Shown piece by piece: positions 59,511 through 64,000 of a stretch of DNA of 64,000 bases. Within the stretch, counting starts at the first letter, position 1, and each line of letters starts with the position of its first letter. Position numbers and translations under genes: made by a program. The notes beneath the pieces were generated by a model that searched no databases, was not told the DNA's origin, and saw only the letters and a program-made list of their open reading frames with translations. The stretch is from contig OZ250165.1 of assembly GCA_965238005.1 (NCBI GenBank), positions 1,376,001 through 1,440,000 of the forward strand, read 5' to 3'. Origin of the DNA: Longimicrobiales bacterium (GTDB lineage: Bacteria; Gemmatimonadota; Gemmatimonadetes; Longimicrobiales; Gaopeijiaceae).

Positions 59511-61112
59511 GAGTCTGCGCCGCAGAACCCTGCGGCGGCTATCTTTGGTGGTAGCGAAGGCATTGGGAAGGCTTGCGGATCACCGAGGGGGGTGAATGGG
59601 AACGACATTTCGACCGTACGATCCGGAGCAGATGTTGTTGCTGCCTCCGGATCTTCGGGAGTGGGTGTCGGAGGGTCATTTGGCGCACCATGTGAGCGAC
59701 CTGGTGGACGCGGTGGAGCTGAGCGCGTTCTACGGGCGGTACCGGGGGGACGGGCGGCGCAACTCGCCGTACGACCCTCGGATGATGGTCAAGGTGCTGA
59801 TCTACGCGTATGCGACGGGCACCTTCTCGTCGCGGAAGATGGCGAGGAAGCTGGAGGAGGATGTCGCGTTTCGGATGCTGGCGGCGGAGAACTTCCCGAA
59901 GCACCGGACGCTGTGCGAGTTCCGCAAGCGCCATCTCGGGGATTTCCGGGCGGTGTTTGTGGAGGTGGTGATGCTCGCGCGGGCCTTGGGGCTGGCGGGG
60001 CTTGGCAGGGTGTCGGTGGACGGGACGAAGGTTCGGGCGAACGCGAACAAGCGCAAGGCGATGAGCTACGGCCGGATGGTGACCGGGGAGCCTCGGCTGG
60101 AGGCGGAGATCCGGGGGCTGTTGGAGAGGGCCGAGGCGGTGGACGAAGCGGAAGACGAGCGCTACGGCGAGGAAGCATGCGGAGACGAGGTGCCGGAGGA
60201 GCTCAAGCGGCGCGAGGACCGGCTGGCGGCGATCCGGGAGGCGAAGGCGCGCCTGGAAGCCGAGCAGAGAGCGGCGGACGACGCACGGGGCCGCAAGCCG
60301 GGGCAGACGCGCAACCCGAAGGGCGGCAGGCCCTACAAGCGGGAGTACGGAGAGCCGGACGAGGCGGCGCAGAGCAACTTCACGGACCCTGAGAGCCGGA
60401 TCATGAAGACGAGTTCGGAGGGGTTCCAGCAGTGCTACAACGCACAGACGGTCGTGGAGGGGGAGAACCAGCTGGTGGTCGGGGCCGAGGTGACGGACAA
60501 CGCGAGCGACCAGGGCCAGCTGGTGCCCATGGTCGACGCGGTGGCGCAAGCGTACGGCGAGACGCCGGCGCAGGTGCTGGCGGACACGGGCTATTGCAAC
60601 GAGCGGGATCTCGAGGAACTGGAAGAGCGAGACATCGACGGGTATGTGGCGCTGGCCCGGGAGGGCAAGGCCGCCCCCACGGTTGACAAGGAGGAATATC
60701 CGGCGAAAGTCCGCATGGCGGAGAAGCTGGCGAGCGAAGATGGCCGCAGACGCTACGCACGGCGAAAGTCGCAGGCCGAGGCGCCCATCGGCTGGATCAA
60801 GGAAGTGATGGGCTTTCGACGATTCAGCTTCCGGGGCCTCGAGAAGGTCCGGGCCGAGTGGACCCTCGTGTGCCTGGCACTCAATGTGAAGCGGCTGCAC
60901 ACCCTTCAGGCGGCATGACTGCACGAGGGTTCACCCGCATCTGCCGGCGCGAGGGCTCTCGTAGCTCTCTTGCCCCCCCCAACGCATCCATTCCGCTCTC
61001 CCGATCCGTCGCAGACACAAGTCCTCAACCTCCCAATCACCCGGATCCGCCTCGCCGCGGACGGCTCGATGACCATTCGGCTCAGTCAGCTGTGCTTCTG
61101 CGGCGCAGACTC
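59511..61112 (+). mobile_element. IS1182-family insertion sequence, copy 2 (1602 bp)
   Basis: Same TIRs as copy 1; CTAG at 59507-10 (uppS stop) and 61113-16; differs from copy 1 by C8 vs C7 in the 3' region. Confidence 0.95.
59596..60918 (+). CDS. IS1182-family DDE transposase (protein identical to copy 1)
   Basis: Identical 440-aa translation in the ORF track. Confidence 0.93.
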   Translation: MGTTFRPYDPEQMLLLPPDLREWVSEGHLAHHVSDLVDAVELSAFYGRYRGDGRRNSPYDPRMMVKVLIYAYATGTFSSRKMARKLEEDVAFRMLAAENFPKHRTLCEFRKRHLGDFRAVFVEVVMLARALGLAGLGRVSVDGTKVRANANKRKAMSYGRMVTGEPRLEAEIRGLLERAEAVDEAEDERYGEEACGDEVPEELKRREDRLAAIREAKARLEAEQRAADDARGRKPGQTRNPKGGRPYKREYGEPDEAAQSNFTDPESRIMKTSSEGFQQCYNAQTVVEGENQLVVGAEVTDNASDQGQLVPMVDAVAQAYGETPAQVLADTGYCNERDLEELEERDIDGYVALAREGKAAPTVDKEEYPAKVRMAEKLASEDGRRRYARRKSQAEAPIGWIKEVMGFRRFSFRGLEKVRAEWTLVCLALNVKRLHTLQAA

Positions 61113-61116
61113 CTAG

Positions 61117-61294
61117 TGTCCCGTTACCAAAGTGTCTCGGCCAGTCGAGGGCACGGTGCATCCGCGGGCTCGGCGTTGGGACTCCTTGCGACCACGCTTC
61201 GCGCGGTGCCCGCTTGGGCTACGCCGCGTGGTCCCGCCTTGATCCCACGGCGCCCCGTCCCTGTTGGTGGCTCGCGAACTTTGGCAACGGGACA
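61117..61294. mobile_element. 178-bp MITE, copy C (best-preserved TIRs)
   Basis: TGTCCCGTTACCAAAGT / ACTTTGGCAACGGGACA; CTAG at 61113-16 and 61295-98. Confidence 0.92.
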
Positions 61295-61313
61295 CTAGGG
61301 ACCGCCCCCGCCC

Positions 61314-62189
61314 ATGCCCAAAGGGGAGCTGGCCAGCCGGTTGATCGTCGCCGCCATCGGAATTCCGATGGCGGTGATGATCATCTACTGGGGCGGCTGG
61401 TATCTGGGCATTCTCATGGCCGCGGCCTCGGGTCTCTCGGCCAGTGAGTATTACTCGATCACGGCGAAGCGGGGATCGAGGCCGTTGGGGTGGCTCGGGA
61501 TCCCAGTCGCAGCAGTCCTGCCGCTCATCGCGACGGCTTACCCGAGCTACCGCGATTTCGCTCAGGTGGCCTTAGGCCTGGTGGTCGCCGCCACGTTGCT
61601 GGCACTAGCTCTGGTCCTCTGGCAGCGCTGGCCGGAAGGCCAGCCCCTCACCGCCGCCGCGACCACCATCGGTGGAGCGCTCTATACGGGGGGCACGCTG
61701 TCCTTTTGGATCCTGCTTCGAGCCCTCCCGGAGCAGAGCTCCGACGCCGCCACCGCCTTTCACGGCGCCGTCCTCCTCATCTTCCCGATCTGGGTCACCT
61801 GGCTCGGGGACAGCTTCGCGTACGGGCTCGGAACCCGCTTCGGCAAGTCCAAGCTCATCGAGGCCGTGAGTCCGAAGAAGACCGTTGTGGGAGCTTTGGG
61901 AGGTCTCGGAGGCTCGGTCGCGGTCGGAGCTCTGTATTCATGGCTCTGGCTCTCCGCTGTCCCGGTGTACGGCCTTTCCATGGTGGGCGCTGCCGGTGTG
62001 AGTGCCCTCATCGCGCCGGTAGGCCAGGTGGGCGACCTAGCCGAGTCGGTCATAAAGCGTGAGGCAGGTGTGAAGGACTCCAGCCACCTGCTCCCGGGAC
62101 ACGGCGGAGTCCTCGATCGGCTGGATGCGCTGTATTTCACTGTGCCCTTCACCTACGGGCTCCTGATCCTGATTCGGCACTGGTCGTGA
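61314..62189 (+). CDS. cdsA: Phosphatidate cytidylyltransferase
   Basis: SPKKT, GDLAESVIKR, KDSSHLLPGHGGVLDRLD. Confidence 0.96.
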   Translation: MPKGELASRLIVAAIGIPMAVMIIYWGGWYLGILMAAASGLSASEYYSITAKRGSRPLGWLGIPVAAVLPLIATAYPSYRDFAQVALGLVVAATLLALALVLWQRWPEGQPLTAAATTIGGALYTGGTLSFWILLRALPEQSSDAATAFHGAVLLIFPIWVTWLGDSFAYGLGTRFGKSKLIEAVSPKKTVVGALGGLGGSVAVGALYSWLWLSAVPVYGLSMVGAAGVSALIAPVGQVGDLAESVIKREAGVKDSSHLLPGHGGVLDRLDALYFTVPFTYGLLILIRHWS

Positions 62190-63352
62190 TACGCGTCGTC
62201 ATCCTGGGGTCGACGGGCTCCATCGGTCGCGCCACGCTTTCGGTGGTTAAGCGCCACCCGGACCGCTTCCGTGTTGTGGCTCTGTGCGCCCATCGATCGG
62301 TCGCCCGGCTCGCTGCCCAGGTCGCCGAGCACGAGGTTCCGATGGCCGTGCTCGCCGATCCGGAAGCTCTCACAGACAGGGCGAATCTCCCACCCGCAGA
62401 CTGGAGAGCGGGCCCGGAGGAGGTGCTGGAGTTGGTCACCGATCCCGAGGTCGACGTGGTGGTAAACGCCATCGTCGGCTCGGTGGGGCTGCAGGCCACT
62501 CTCGCCGCCCTCCGAGCGGGCAAGCGCCTGGCCCTCGCGAACAAAGAATCACTGGTGGCCGGCGGTCCCCTGGTCATGGAGGCCGCCCGCAAGGGTGGTG
62601 GTGAGCTGATCCCCATCGACAGCGAGCACTCGGCGATCTTACAATGCTTGGAGGGATACGATTTGTCGTCGGTGGCTCGTTTGGTGCTCACGGCGTCGGG
62701 AGGGCCCTTCCGGGGCTTCAGTCGCGAGGAGCTGGAGGGCGTCAGACCTAGCCAGGCGCTCCGCCACCCCACCTGGGACATGGGCGCCAAGATCACCATT
62801 GACTCGGCCACTCTGGCCAACAAGGCCCTGGAGGTCATCGAGGCCCACTTCCTCTACGACATTGGGTACGAACGGATCGACGTGGTGGTACATCCCCAGT
62901 CGGTCGTCCACTCCTTCGTCGAGTTCACCGACGGCTCGGTGTTGGCCCAACTGGGCTTCCCGACCATGGAGCTCCCTATTCTGTACGCGCTGTCCCACCC
63001 CGAGCGTGTCGGAGATCCCGCGCTCAGGACGTTCGACCCGATTCGATCGTCCCCCCTCACCTTCGAGGAAGTCGATGTCGAGCGCTTCGGGCTCTTCGCT
63101 CTCGGCGTCGAAGCGGGTGTACGTGGGGGCACCGTCCCTGCGGTCTACAACGCGGCAAACGAAATAGCGGTAGATTCGTTTCTGACGGAGAAAGTGGGAT
63201 TCCTGGAGATGGCCGACGTGGTCGCCCACGCCATGGACCACGTGCCCCGACGGAACGTCGAGGTGGTGAGTGACGTAGTGAAGGCAGACGCGGCCGCCCG
63301 AGCGGCGGCTCGCGAGTTCGTTGCCTCGTCCCGGTCCATGGCCAGTGGGTGA
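62186..63352 (+). CDS. dxr: 1-deoxy-D-xylulose-5-phosphate reductoisomerase
   Basis: LGSTGSIG, LANKESL, PIDSEH, TASGGPF, HPTWDMGAKITIDSAT. Confidence 0.97.
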   Translation: MIRVVILGSTGSIGRATLSVVKRHPDRFRVVALCAHRSVARLAAQVAEHEVPMAVLADPEALTDRANLPPADWRAGPEEVLELVTDPEVDVVVNAIVGSVGLQATLAALRAGKRLALANKESLVAGGPLVMEAARKGGGELIPIDSEHSAILQCLEGYDLSSVARLVLTASGGPFRGFSREELEGVRPSQALRHPTWDMGAKITIDSATLANKALEVIEAHFLYDIGYERIDVVVHPQSVVHSFVEFTDGSVLAQLGFPTMELPILYALSHPERVGDPALRTFDPIRSSPLTFEEVDVERFGLFALGVEAGVRGGTVPAVYNAANEIAVDSFLTEKVGFLEMADVVAHAMDHVPRRNVEVVSDVVKADAAARAAAREFVASSRSMASG

Positions 63353-63421
63353 TTCGTATGCGGGTGGCGGCGTGAGCACCGCTGGGCGTGAGACGCCCAC
63401 GAGAGGGATATTGGAGACGGA

Positions 63422-64000
63422 ATGACGATCCTGGCGACCATTGTCGTACTTGGCGTCCTCATCTTTGTCCACGAGCTGGGGCACTTCCTTGCGGCCAAGG
63501 CCGTGGGCGTGGAGGTGCAGCGGTTCTCCATCGGTCTGGGCCCCGCGATCTTCGGCTTCCAGAAAGGTGAGACCGAGTACGTGGTGAGCTGGATCCCCCT
63601 CGGCGGCTACGTGAAGATGGGGGGGATGGACGACGATGTCATAGAGCGTATGGAGGGTGGGCCGGTGAAGGAGCCCCGGAAGCCCTCGTCCCGCGACTTC
63701 GACGGGAAGCCCATCTGGGCCAGGACCATTGTGATCTCGGCCGGCGTCGTCATGAACATGGCCTTTGCATTCGCGGTCTACTTCACCGTAAACGCCGTGT
63801 GGGGTATGGCCGAGAACGCTGAGCAACGGATCGCCCGCGTGGAGGCCCGACTTCTGCCCGAAGGAACCGAAGCCCTCGCCGAGCTACCAGAGGGTTCTCG
63901 GCTCGTTCGAGTGGGTGAGAGGGAAGTCGAACATTCGGGCGACATTCGCGACGGCATCCTGGAGGCGCCCGCCGGACCGCTCGAGGTGATCGCCGAGGAG
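63422..64000 (+). CDS. rseP: RIP metalloprotease RseP, 3'-partial
   Basis: ATG at 63422; FVHELGHF, FSIG, IPLGGYVKM, AGVVMN; follows dxr. Confidence 0.95.
   Translation, partial: MTILATIVVLGVLIFVHELGHFLAAKAVGVEVQRFSIGLGPAIFGFQKGETEYVVSWIPLGGYVKMGGMDDDVIERMEGGPVKEPRKPSSRDFDGKPIWARTIVISAGVVMNMAFAFAVYFTVNAVWGMAENAEQRIARVEARLLPEGTEALAELPEGSRLVRVGEREVEHSGDIRDGILEAPAGPLEVIAEE

Overview
High-GC bacterial chromosome segment, most consistent with Gemmatimonadota (inferred from gene content and order). It is mostly housekeeping: smc, aroF, yraN, SRP RNA-dnaX-ybaB-recR, mglA-pgsA-cinA, grpE-dnaJ, iscS-mnmA, bshB1, a TolC/MFP/ABC-permease cluster, NtrY/NtrX-like genes, pntAB, comM, a cobalamin riboswitch-btuB-beta-propeller lipoprotein unit, lepB, a sigma70 factor, and rplM-rpsI-rpsB-tsf-pyrH-frr-uppS-cdsA-dxr-rseP. 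Superimposed on this is a CTAG-targeting mobile-element layer: two near-identical IS1182-family copies in inverted orientation, three diverged 178-bp MITEs, and probable scars. Most of these sit on TAG stop codons, and one IS separates a sigma-factor ATG from its RBS. Other notable items: a structured intergenic region carrying a perfect complement of the 16S rRNA 3' tail; an SRP RNA whose GNRA tetraloop is replaced by UUGCC; a diverged tandem duplication of a MinD-like/acidic/SPOR gene that includes the first 22 codons of smc; an ATT start on comM; and several pseudogenes. All calls come from reading the sequence and recognising motifs; no database searches were run.
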